A DNA stretch of 64,000 nucleotides from Rhina ancylostomus (Eukaryota), in the NCBI GenBank assembly GCA_030265395.1, contig JARFYF010000074.1:46553344-46617343 (forward strand), read 5' to 3'. Every line of letters begins with the position of its first letter. Position 1 is the first letter of the stretch. Positions 37,870 through 49,468 of this stretch are shown piece after piece. A model generated the notes under the pieces. The model had not been told where the DNA came from and searched no databases. It saw nothing but the letters and a program-made list of their open reading frames with translations. Both the position numbers and the translations under genes were made by a program.

Positions 37870-38790
37870 AAGAAAAAATAGTAGATCATTCAGCCCCTTG
37901 ATTCTGCTCCATAATTCAGTAAGATAAAGGATGATCCAGTTATGACCTCAACAACACTGTCCCGTGCTCTCCTTGTACTACTTGACTCCCTGGTCGTTTA
38001 AATGTCTGTCAATCTCCTCCTTGAATATATCCAATAGCACTGCTTCCACAGCTGCCCATGGTCAAGAATTCCAAAGATTCACAATCCTCTGAAAAGAGTT
38101 CTTCCTTATCCTGAAACAGGCAGCCCCTTACTCTGAAACCTTGCCCTCTGGTCTAGATCACCCTGCCAGAGGAAAGATCCCATCAATCTCTCTCATACTG
38201 TTACATTTCAATAAGATTACCTTTTTTTTTCTAAATTCTAATAAACATGGGCCCAACTTGTTTGATCATCCATCCTTAAATATGAAGACCAAAACTATAT
38301 ATAGTACTCCAGGTGCAGTTTCACTAACACCTTGTAAAGTTGTATCAAAATTTATCCATTTGGTATCTTTTGCAATAATTGTCAGCATTTCATTAGCTTT
38401 CCTAATTGTTTGCTGTATGTGCATAGTAAATATTTTTGTGTTTCATGTACTGGGGGACACCCCCCCCACCCCCCCATTCCTTTGTACTGCAACATTTCAT
38501 AGTCTACTCTAATTAAATTATAATTTGATTTTCATTCTTCCTTTCAGTATGGTTAATCTCCCTTTTCTCATTTTATACTCCTCGGCCAACTTCTTATCCA
38601 ATCTCTGAATCTATCTGTATCCCTCTGCAGGCTTTGTGTCACCATCATAACTTGCTGACCCACCTAATTTTGTATCTTCATCAATTTCTTTTTATCCAAG
38701 TCTTCATTATAGAGTAGTTGTTGTTGATTGTCAATGCAGAAATGAACCATCCAGCCTCTTTGTTTTCTGTTAGTTATCCATCCCCCTATC
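37870..38790 (-). mobile_element. CR1 LINE 3' fragment
   Basis: Reversed CR1 tail (gatcattcagccccttgattctgctcc, gaattccaaagattcacaatcctctg) and ccacctaattttgtatcttcatcaa (reverse complement of DTKLGG). Confidence 0.8.
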
Positions 38791-38931
38791 TGATTACAAA
38801 CAAATGTTATACTGTTCTGTATCTCATTATGTTAGAGTTCTGATCTTTTTCTTTAAGAAAACATAAATGGTGTGGAACTTTTATAAATATCTGAAAAATA
38901 CTTACATTCTTATTTTTCGGTTTGATTTCAG

Positions 38932-39346
38932 GAAAAGGGGCCGTTCTCACAGTCCTCCTTCTAAAAGAGCACGGTCCCCTAGCAATAAGAGAAAGGCTCA
39001 AGAAAAATTGAAAAATTCTAAGGGAACCGATCATGACAATACGCAAATGGGCTCTCCTTCGGTTGAAGAAGGGACGGATCAAAAACAGGTGGAAGGAGCG
39101 AATGTTGCAAAAATAAAATCACCAGGTGGCCCTTCCACAGGCACTGAGAACTGTGAGGAACCTGATGGGTCAGCAGACTTACTGTTGACCTATCATGAGT
39201 CAATGAACATCGAATCTCAACTTAGCGGTAGAGAGGGTGATATGGAGGTGGAATTGGAAGGAGAAATGGAAGTTGGGCACTTCAATGAAGGCGAAGCTAA
39301 TGATGCAGAACCAAGCTCTCAGACAGCAGCACAATTATCTGAAAAG
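38932..39346 (+). CDS. MATR3: Matrin-3-like exon 11 (basic NLS/RS-like stretch plus acidic disordered region)
   Basis: gatttcag| RKRGRSHSPPSKRARSPSNKRK...QLSEK |gtaggt; open frame and phases fit. Confidence 0.9.
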
Positions 39347-39492
39347 GTAGGTATTAGAAGTTAAGATTGGAGACTTGCAGCCATTATTCCAATAAATACT
39401 TAAGATCTCTCTAATTTGTAATTCACTATCATAAGAAGGAATATATAAAAGAAAAAATGAGTGGTTTGTGAATTCATGCCTTACTTTATTTT

Positions 39493-39719
39493 AATTTCAC
39501 TGGTTTTTGAATTCTAGTATACTGATCGGGGAATGTTAGTAAAATGGTAGGAGTATGCAATATTTTTGCAATGGGAATGAAACAGAAGACCCAGGTTGCT
39601 GCCTACAAATTTCACTGGTTTTTGAATTCTAGTATACTGATGGGGGAATGTTAGTAAAATGGTAGGAGTATGCAATATTTTTGCAATGGGTATGAAACAG
39701 AAGACCCAGGTTGCTGCCT
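39493..39719. repeat. 112-bp direct tandem duplication (2 copies, 2 substitutions, 3-nt spacer)
   Basis: 39493-39604 versus 39608-39719. Confidence 0.95.
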
Positions 39720-39804
39720 TCTCTCAGCATTTGTGATGACCACCTGCCTATGATGATGTGATCCAGAAACAGAGGGTAAGCCTAGCTGACCCTTCACCCC
39801 CAAG

Positions 39805-40020
39805 TCACGGTAGGTAGCGCCAGCAATCAGGGTTCGATTCCTGTTGCTGTCTGTAAGGAATTTGTATGTTCTCCTGTGTCTGCGTGTGTTTCCTCCGGGT
39901 GCTCCAGTTTCCTGCCACATTCCAAAGATGTACGGGTAGGTTAACATGGGTTTAAAATAGGCGGCATGAACTTGTTGGGCCGGAAGGGCCTGTTAACATG
40001 TTGTAAATAAAATTTTTTAA
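39805..40020 (+). mobile_element. tRNA-derived SINE (HE1/V-SINE type) with CR1-like tail
   Basis: B-box GGTTCGATTCC, V-domain-like tttcctccgggtgctccagtttcctgccacattccaaagatgt, and 3' tail gggccggaagggcctgt. Confidence 0.85.
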
Positions 40021-41349
40021 AAATTTTTTAAAAAATTGTCTTTGTGACTTGAAGTGGATTGCAAGCAGAGACTAGGTCTTGGACAATGAATCCTGAGATC
40101 TTGCTTCCAAATACCTCAGTTGGGTTAAGACTGCTCGCTATTCTCAGTGGCTTTTGAACTGCTTTTAGATGTCTCTGATAATTAGACACATTTAAAAACA
40201 CCAAGTAGGCTTGAATGATATTATTAAGATTTTTAAAAAGTCATTTTAGCCCAGGAAATTAATGAGCCCACAATAATAAAATAAATATAAAAATAAGTAA
40301 ATCACTTGCATTCACTTACCTTTTACAGAGGGCTGGTAACTCCATTTAAATGAATACATTGGGCTATTCATAACAGCCACTACTAGCATAAAGGCCTTCT
40401 GTCCGTTACATCAATGCTTTGCTGCAGAATTTGGTTCAGAGTCCTGCAAGAATTGGGAAGGAAGTCATGTGCACTGCAAGTGACTTCCAACCTTTTCTGA
40501 TTTGCACGCTGCAAATGTGAAGTTGGGGAAGAGAGACAAGTGAACAACTGGTGTTTCTGGAGTAAAAAATGGCCCAGAGTCACACTTTACATGAAATAAA
40601 CTTGTTAAAGGGCCTGTTTCCATGCTGTATAACTCCATGACTCTCAACCTATTTACTAAAAAAAGAGTTACTTAACTCAGTTTCTTTTACAAGTGCTACT
40701 GCAACTGAAGAGTCTGGAATGAACTGCTGCCCCCAAGCTCCTTAGGCAAACAAAATTGTGGCTGAAGATGTTGAATCTTTTTCATGTGCCCTTTTGCTGA
40801 ATAATGCTTCATCTCCTGGAGGATGATACATAGAGCCTTTTCTGTTTAGAAAAATTAAAGTTTTCTAATATTTATGATTACAGTTTTATATCATACTTAA
40901 TTTTGGGGGAAATATTTTAATTTATTTCTTTTTGTAGTTACTAAAATTTAATTCCAATAAATAATTATATGCAAAGTTTATAGACGATTGCATCTTTACA
41001 AGACAGCTTTATGTTATCACTTTTGATGGTGATAACTCAGGTTCCATCTGAAATGCAATTGCATTCAAAAACTTCTGCCTGAATTTCCTATTGACCACCA
41101 GTGTTGAAGCCTTCCTGGAATATGTATGACAGCATATAAGCAAGCTCTAAATTCTCTGCAGCCCTCCAATCTGACAGAAGATCATGCCCTAATTATCTTT
41201 ATTAATACATCCATTATATTGCCTTAATTAAAAAATATTATAGTAACCCAAAGCCTTGGCTACAGTTAAAAGTATCCATAAGAGCAGCTTCTATATCCCA
41301 TTATGAAACATTAAGATTTTATGAGCAATATTGTGAAATTTCCCTTCAG

Positions 41350-41683
41350 CGATCAGAAGGCATACATTGTCCAGAATATACGGAGGAATTCTTTGCCCTG
41401 GATGAGGTGGATGATTCAAATGCTGTTCTTTCGAAGAAAGTAAGATCTGTGCAAGGAGACAAAGGAGATGCTAACTTTGTCAAAGATGAGCAAGATGTCA
41501 AAAGTCAAAGTTATGATGCAAGATACAGCATGGTTGAAAGCACTGAAGTTGATGCTCAAGGTGGTGATGAGCTAAAGATGAGCAGTCCCACAAGTGCAGA
41601 ACCATCAACTGAACAGATCCAGGCTCTCTCCCCTCTACCAGATGAATACAAGCTTGGACCATATAAACCCAACAATCCTGTAG
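41350..41683 (+). CDS. MATR3: Matrin-3-like exon 12 (EEFFALDEV motif to PDEYKLGPYKPNNPVG)
   Basis: tcccttcag| and |gtaagg; the C-terminal part matches human PDEYRIGPYQPNVPVG. Confidence 0.9.
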
Positions 41684-43279
41684 GTAAGGTGACAAAACAT
41701 TTCTAAAAAGGTTTCTGTGAGGTTTTAAGTTTGACTCTCATTTGCTTTGCATGACTATTCCATGCCAAATGGCATTTCATAGGTTTCCTCAGATTAGGTT
41801 TAGTTTGTTTTATCAGATTATATTGTTCTAGATGTTCTGACAACAAAAGAAAGAGGTCATTTAATTCCCTTGAGTCTGTGGCAGATCTGGGATGTAACTA
41901 CATGTACTTTATCCATCTTTGACCCTCTGGTTAACCAGATGAGTTTTAAAAAAATACTTCCATCAAGCAACAATTGCTGTTTTTGGAAAGGAACTTCAAC
42001 CACGTGTACATGTTCCTGACATCACACCTACAAGCCTTAGGTTCAGTTTTTAGACACTGTCACGGTCTTAGATTCCTCAACCAACAGAAATACTTCCTTT
42101 CCATCTACCCACTTAGTTTCCCTGATATTCTGAAAACTTTGGTTAAAGCAGTTCAAAAATATATTTTTGAAGGAATAAAATACTTTTTCCCTTGTAGTAT
42201 TTGAAATGGGTATCACTTTGTTAAACATATGTTCTACTCCAAGGCCATATATCCTTCCTATCATTGGTATTTTGAGTGACTCAGAATTGCTTGGTACTCC
42301 AGGTGTCATGTAAACAAGGACTTTGTAGATCTACAGCATCAGCTTGTATTTAGCCCACCAGATATTAAGGTTTTCTTCAGGTTATTAAGGTTCCTTTAAC
42401 ATTTTGTTTATTTTTCTTTCCCTTTGTAATACTTTAATGATCTAGATTCATGGACCACAAACTCTTTTTGGACTACCACTGTTCTTAACTATATCATTTA
42501 GCAAGTCCAAAATAGATTACCTCAGATTTACCTGCATTGAACTCCATTTACCACAGTTTTGCCCTTAATCTATTCATTTCTCTGTCTATTTTAATGTTCC
42601 TTCAATATTGGCAAATTTGGATAAGTGCATTGTTTGCAATGCTACATGGCTTTCTATCCTATCATCTTCTCTCAGGGTTTGTGAATGTGGTGAATATGGT
42701 TGCCCACCACGTGAAAGACAGAATAATTGTGATTGGACAGTGATATAAATGTGATGTTTCTCATTTAATTTAGCATCTTTCACATTTTCTATTTTTGCTT
42801 CCTATCACTTGAACATTCTGCAGGACCTTTAGGCTTTTCTTACTTTACCCAAGAGCCACTCTTTGTGAGTTAGCTTACGCCATGACTACAGGAAACCACT
42901 TGTTTATGGTGACCACGCTGTCTAGCACTGAGGCCCATTATAACCAGTTTTAACAGATCAGTCGCAATTGGGCATCATCTTGTTCAACTGCCCACCAAGC
43001 TTTTAAATAACTGCTGGCAGGTTTAAATTCATTGTGATATGACACCAAGCAAATACCCAGTTACCTCATTTGCCCCCTGCTGTTTTTGGATTATGATTGA
43101 CTTTATGACCCCAACAATATAACTACCAAGGTAGGTTAGGTTGGTTAGAATATCTTTTAAACTGACCCAAGGTTTATCTTGGACTACTTGAAATGGATGG
43201 ACTGTTACTTAACCCTGGATCCTTTTCTCATTCTGTTAAGCCCCCTTTATTATGCTTATTATACTGCCTTCTAACCAAG

Positions 43280-43450
43280 TTCTTAAAAATCCAAAAGCAG
43301 AATACTGCAGATGCTGGAGTTCCAAAATTAAAAACAAAACAAATGGAAGTACTTGGCCAAGTGGCATCTGTGGAGAAATTAAAGTTCATCAACCTGAAGC
43401 TACACAGATGCTGCCTGTTCTAATTAGTATTTCAGGGATTTTCTCTTATT
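43280..43450. repeat. Penelope-type terminal repeat, truncated copies in both orientations
   Basis: aatactgcagatgctgga...gcatctgtggag, then cacagatgctgcctg. Confidence 0.55.
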
Positions 43451-44205
43451 CTTGAAAATCCAGATCCCTAATGATTCTGCAGCCTGAACAAGCTGTACTC
43501 ATTGGCTAATAAAAATTCTTTGAGATTCTTACAACAATAGAATCCATTGCCTGTGTTTTACATGATATAGGCAGTCATCAGGGAACCAATTTCCTGAAGG
43601 CAATACCACGTTGTAGAAATCTTCAAGTTTTTGAGCATTGTACTTTTCACAATCATTATGATGTAGCTAACTCAGAAACACAAAACATTACTAAAGCTGA
43701 ACATTCATCAGTATACAGCTTAAGTAAAAGGCTAAGCTGAGAAGTATAGCAGTAGACTCAAAAGCACCAACTTGCCCGTTCAAGAATTGAAACAAGGTTC
43801 ATTTAAAGAGCTTTTCAGTTGTAAATGTTTTCCTTTATAGTTCAAAATGTATCAGCCAATAAACTAAAGGAAGTGCTTGTAAAAGAGAACCATACTATTA
43901 GTGCATCATCTTTTGTCTTAAAAGGCACCAAATAATTATTAAGTTTTGTACTCCTTATGCCTTATCTATATAATTCACAACTTGCATTTTCCCCTTGTTA
44001 TTTTAATCATATTGGTCCCAAAACCTTCTGGGAACTTGCAGGTACTTAATTTGAATGTTTCTGGAGACTTCTTTAAGACTGGTGTAGGTTCTGTTTGTAA
44101 ATATGATGCATTTGCTGTGGACTGCAGCATCACCTTTACAGGTTCTATACTAGGAAAGGAAATTGAAGGATCAGAAAGACTATGACACACTGTGCTCTCT
44201 TTCAG

Positions 44206-44327
44206 GATTAGATTATGTGGTTCCAAAAACAGGCTTCTACTGCAAACTCTGCTGTCTCTTCTACACCAGCGAGGAGACAGCAAAGCAGACTCATTGTGGC
44301 ACCATTGAACATTATCAGAGGCTTAAG
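44206..44327 (+). CDS. MATR3: Matrin-3-like exon 13 (ZnF2: [40 protein letters not shown])
   Basis: Closely matches matrin-3 [40 protein letters not shown]; ctctttcag| and |gtaagt. Confidence 0.96.
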
Positions 44328-46281
44328 GTAAGTTTGATTTTTTTTCAGGTGAGCAGATTTTGCTATCCTTCTGTAACCATCCCTTTGTCACTTTTTCAAA
44401 AGAAAAGTTTCTTGTTTTGCAGAGGTAGCATTCATAATGAGAAACACATACTGGAACATAGAATATTGTTCAGTTTGTGTTGTCAGTAGTGCAAGGAGCA
44501 AGGTTTAGTCATCTCAGGATGTGAAGTACTGCCATCTTTGATTGTACTGATGTTCTTGAGAGCCCCTCTGAGTTAGGCCTGAAAGTCAGCATGAGTATGT
44601 AGTTGTGCATTGTAGAAAGGGGACAGTCAAATTTGTAGTGTTCATCAAAAATAAGACAGTAGTCAGTCTTTGTATATGAAGGATAATGTAGTTTGAAAAC
44701 TGAAAATACCACTTAATTGCCAGTTCATTGTTGTCTTTAGCAGCGTTTAGTTCAATATTGTTCAAGAATCTACACTGCCACCTGGGTTATTACATTTACC
44801 CTCAACAAGAGGTAAATTGACTGCTTTAATTTAGCAGTTCTTATCCTTTGATGTGAAAAACATTGACACCATGAGATAACGAATGAATCATTGAAACATC
44901 ACACGTGACTCAACATAGTTTGCCTGATTTTATGAAGTTAGAATTGTTATGACATAGTAGGCCATTCCGTTTATCAAATCCATGCCAACACCTAGACTTG
45001 TATGTAGGGACAATGATTAAGATTTGCTGATGGTACCAAAATTAGCACCTGGGTTGGAATTAAGACAGTGGTTCAAGTTTGCAGGAAAGTATCAGCTATG
45101 GTTAAGTGTGGACGGAAGTGGCAAATGGGATTCAGTCTGGAGAAGTGTGAGATTGTGTATTTGGGAGAGCAAATAAAGCAAAAAGAATATGCAATGTATG
45201 GTAAGAGCCATGATTTTCAGCACTTCTTGAGGTGTGAGATCTATGAAGGCAGAAGAAGATAAAAATAAAGTGATTAAAGTATTCCTAGATTTTATAAACA
45301 CTTGATTTACTTATTTTTGCGGTCACACCATTCACTCTTTGGGGTATGTATATTTGATTTACAAATCTACTTTTCATTATAATGAATAGCACACCAAAAT
45401 GCCTTTTGTGCATTTTGGTGTGCTATTCCTTTTCAATTTATGAAATTTCTCTGAACAAACCACTCTTGAAATGCATTCCTATTGTAAATTGAGGAATGCC
45501 TTTATTGGCAGAGGCATAGAACAGAGTAGNNNNATGTAAAACAAAGTTTCATATTTTTGATCTTATTTTTCTTATTTTTATAATAGGAGGAGGCCATTTG
45601 ATGCTTTAAAGTTTATACTGGCTGAGAGATCAAACCTGTATCCTAATCTTTCTTTATGCTCCCTGATTCTCCTCTATGTACCTACGGTCGTGGTCATTTT
45701 CTTGCTACCAGCACGTGTTTGGGTTGTCAAATGAAACCCTCGTGGTCACGGAAAACGTGCACATTCTGCAAGGATGACTCCTGGGTCCTTGCTACCCTAG
45801 AGTAATGCGTTACCACACCAAAGGTTGAAGCGATAGCAATAGAGAGGTTGCAGCGGGGATTTAGTGGACTGGAGAATTGGACCACTGATGGAGAGAAATA
45901 GCTTTCTTCAGTGTTGTGAATTCCTTTCAGCATAATTATGCAGTATTCTTTCCTCCCTACATTGGTGGACAGCTCATCTTTAAACACTGTATGCATTATT
46001 CTGATTTTTTTTTCCGGCAGAATCCCGTCCATTGAATTACCTTTGAAGCACACTGATATTGGGGCAAATCTTGCAAAATCCACCATACTTTCTGTTGTAG
46101 GGCACATTTTCTTCATGATTTTATAGACGGATCCATGTATCAGAAAAAGGATTCCGCTCGATCATTGACAGTGTTTGTCATTGTAGAGTTAGCTTGTATT
46201 TGGTGCCGATTGGGAAGGATAGATTTTTTTTGTGGCAAAGACCACCTTGCTGTTAACACATTTTATTTTGCATTTTTAAAG

Positions 46282-46347
46282 AAAGTACTGGACAAGCAAG
46301 CTGTGGAATACTGGAAAGAAAAGCAGCAGCAAATCATTCCGGAGTGA
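46282..46347 (+). CDS. MATR3: Matrin-3-like terminal coding exon (KVLDKQAVEYWKEKQQQIIPE*)
   Basis: catttttaaag| acceptor; corresponds to human KFLNKLAEERRQKKET*; TGA at 46345-46347. Confidence 0.85.
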   Translation, partial: KVLDKQAVEYWKEKQQQIIPE

Positions 46348-49300
46348 CTAAACAAGAACCTACCAACCAATGAGAAGCATATTTCCAGTATTACTGAAGA
46401 TACTGAACATTAACTCTGAAGACATAATCTTTTAGTAATTTAAAACTGGAAATATTTACGTGAGTCTTGTGTTCTAATGTTCAAAAACTTAGGGCTGCAA
46501 AAATGTTTTGAAACATTGATATGTCACAAATTTTCATGTTCATTTTTCTTTTTAGTTTTAAAGCTTCATTAAATGTATCCCCATTTGCAGCAGGCTAGCT
46601 ATTTTGACAGCTATAAAATTCAGTTACCAGTGGCTCATTCTGATCTTTCATTAGTATTTTGGACACTTCTTACTGCGAGTTCTGTTTCTCACCAGTACCT
46701 ATATTGTCTTCAAACTTCCACACTAAAGAAATGATGATGCCTTCAATGGTAGATCTTTTTGAAGAGTGAACTCATCCACAAAAATAGCCCAGTGCATCAA
46801 CAGCTTCTAGCATGCAGTACTCATTCTGCTTAAACACCTGAAATTTGTTTGTGGAAAGATGAATTTTTTAATCACTCATCACTGGTCATGTTTTCTCATA
46901 CTAATTGATAACATTGTAACTGATAGAGTAAAAGAAATCCATTTTAAAAAGTAAAATGAAAATAAATGAACAGATAAAAGAAAATGAATCTCATCCATCA
47001 TTGTTCACTGCTGGTTAAAATTGAAATTGGAGTTCTGTTAGTTACATTTTCAACTATAAGTAGGGATTTTGTAATCTGGATTTGTGATACATTGGACCAA
47101 CATTGAAATCCATCCATCTCAATCCAAACTAAGTACATGTTATTTTAAGAGGTTTCCTTAAGTGTGCGTACATTGGAAAAATGCATCACATATTCTGTTT
47201 TCTTAAAATATTCATAAATTTAATCTTCTTTAAATAGGAAGTGTTGTCATCTTTAAACATAAGCCATCATAGATACTGACTCTGAAAAAACTGTCAGTAT
47301 CTAAGTGTACAAAGTGCATTTGAATTTGATCTCTCTGCCCCACTCGAGTCCTCTTTCCTACCATAGATTAGCATGAATTGTGAAAATTGATTACCCCCCC
47401 CAAAAAAAATAAAGTTATTATTGTAGGCTATTGACCATTTTGCTTTTGTAAGCATGTTGAAGAACAACATTCAACTCTGTGATGTTAGGTAAATAGTTAC
47501 AAATCAAACTCAATCTGCAGTGAGTGTTTTCCAAATATCACTTGTATGGATTTTCTTTAAAGCAGAAAACGTACAACTCTTACTGAGTACTGTCACATGC
47601 AGTTTCATTAGGACCAAGTGATCAGTTAACATGATGGTTAGATGTTACGGAAATAACCATGATTGTAGAGGTTTTAATTGGTGGAATAGTTTTCTTTTTT
47701 AGAATACTGTTGTATTAATTTTAAATTGTATGTGAGGCGTTGCAATTTCTGTGAACTTGTCAAGTCCTAAAATGACATATGGAAGGCTCAGTGAATCTGG
47801 ATGAACCAACAAACCAATTCTCAATACAAGAATAAAAAGATGTGTGCTTTGAAAGTCCCCAATATTGTTGTTTACATTTCTAGACTGATGTAGACTTGGG
47901 ATACTGTTCACAACCTCTTGTATGGTTAATCCATTTGGCTTCCCAAGATCTTGTACTTTAGTCATGTATATTGAAGTGAAATATTTCAAGAGTGCATGGT
48001 GAAATCAGGACTTCCATACAGCATATCTGCCTTAGGGAATTTAGATATTGGGATCATACCTGCATGAAAACCCACTAGATCTGGAATGGAATGGTGGGGT
48101 CACTTTGGTAAGTTTATTCCCACTGTTGTCTGTGCTCCATCCATTTTGAGTATAAGCTTTCAAAATGGATAATGAAGAGGCACAATTGCAATGGTTGCTT
48201 CAGATCTCGCATATTATCCAAAGTCATATATAATGCAACCGAAGTTTAGGTATTTGTGTTAATTATGCATCAGTGGTGTCATGCATGGCCTCAAAGTTCA
48301 TTATGTAGATTCTTGCACATATTTGAAGACTATTTGAGATATTTTTGGCATTAATAAGGGAATAATATTCCACTAAAACCCAAACAGCTGAAAATAACAG
48401 TTTCCCAGCATTGGACTATTTAAAACAAAAACATCAAACATTTGATTTTTCTTTCATTAATTATACATTTTCTAAATATTGTATGGAGTATTTAGGAAGT
48501 GCAGTATAAAATTAAAGCACAGATATTTTGCTATCTAGGTGGAACGTATAACAGTGGCAAAATGAACATTTCAAAGAACTGCTCCAAAAGCTATGGATTA
48601 TTGTGTTTTGTAGCTGGTATGGTGTCAAAGATAAAGTGAGAGGTTTCTGTCTCGCTGTCCTGAATTTATATAAAGTGACTTGTTATTTTCAGTTTGTCTC
48701 GGAGTTAAACCAGGTCTTTGTCTTCATCCGCACTTGAACTCAAATTCTTGCTTTTGCGTTTCTTAAAGCAAGCATGCTTCTAGAACTAAGAGTGTACTTA
48801 GTAGACTTCTGAGATGGTGTTGGTATTTAAAGTATTCAGACGTATTAAATCATTGCCAATTACAACTGTGATGTATTCTTGTTTAAATTTGTGGTCTTTA
48901 GTACAGATATTGTTTTGTATTCAAACTGTTTAAACATAGTTCCTTGATTTTGATCTATAACGAACCAAATACAATACAATGAAGCCTTGGTAGATCACTT
49001 GCCTTCCAAACAAGGGTTCAGAATTAATGTGCAGGATTACCATGCCTATCAGTAGAATCGGATTGACTTCGGGGGAATGTTCCCAGTTCTTGCACAGCAT
49101 TTCGTAGCATAAAATTTCGGCTTGGGAATGATTGATACTCATCTAGCTTAAATGGACTATCCAAGTAGAAAATAGCTGAAGTAGATGCTGCAATAAGCAT
49201 AAATCCTTCCTTGGACAGCAAGTTACCCATTGAAAAATGGGTAGTGAAAGAAGTGGACCGGCTTCCTTTGATTTCATATTCGATTGTAGTGTTGTTTAAA

Positions 49301-49462
49301 ATTGTTTGCTTTTAAACCATTTCTTCAACCTTGATGTGTCTAGGATCAGTTGGAAAACATGCTTTAAATGATAAAATGTGAAATTGTTGGTTTGTTTGTT
49401 TAAAATTGTGCTGTTGAGAAGGTTGGCTGGAATGGAGAGCCTGTTATACCTGAACACTACAC

Positions 49463-49468
49463 AATAAA
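49463..49468 (+). terminator. Likely distal polyadenylation signal of the matrin-3-like mRNA
   Basis: AATAAA followed by a U/GU-rich tract (ttttatattgttattggtg) at the end of a repeat-free ~3.1 kb region after the stop codon. Other AATAAA hexamers lie at 46961, 47408 and 47831. Confidence 0.5.

Larger units (their letters stand above)
5909..46347 (+). other. MATR3: Matrin-3-like gene, coding span (14 exons, ~955 aa; U1-type ZnF1, RRM1, RRM2, ZnF2)
   Basis: 14 exons with canonical AG/GT boundaries and consistent phases join into one ORF once the false gap at 31693-31792 is collapsed. The translation is collinear with vertebrate matrin-3 throughout. Confidence 0.93.

Noticed and set aside
39733-39790. 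GTGATGA...CTGA, a possible C/D box snoRNA
   Set aside because: Only ~58 nt, with no terminal stem and no recognisable guide complementarity.
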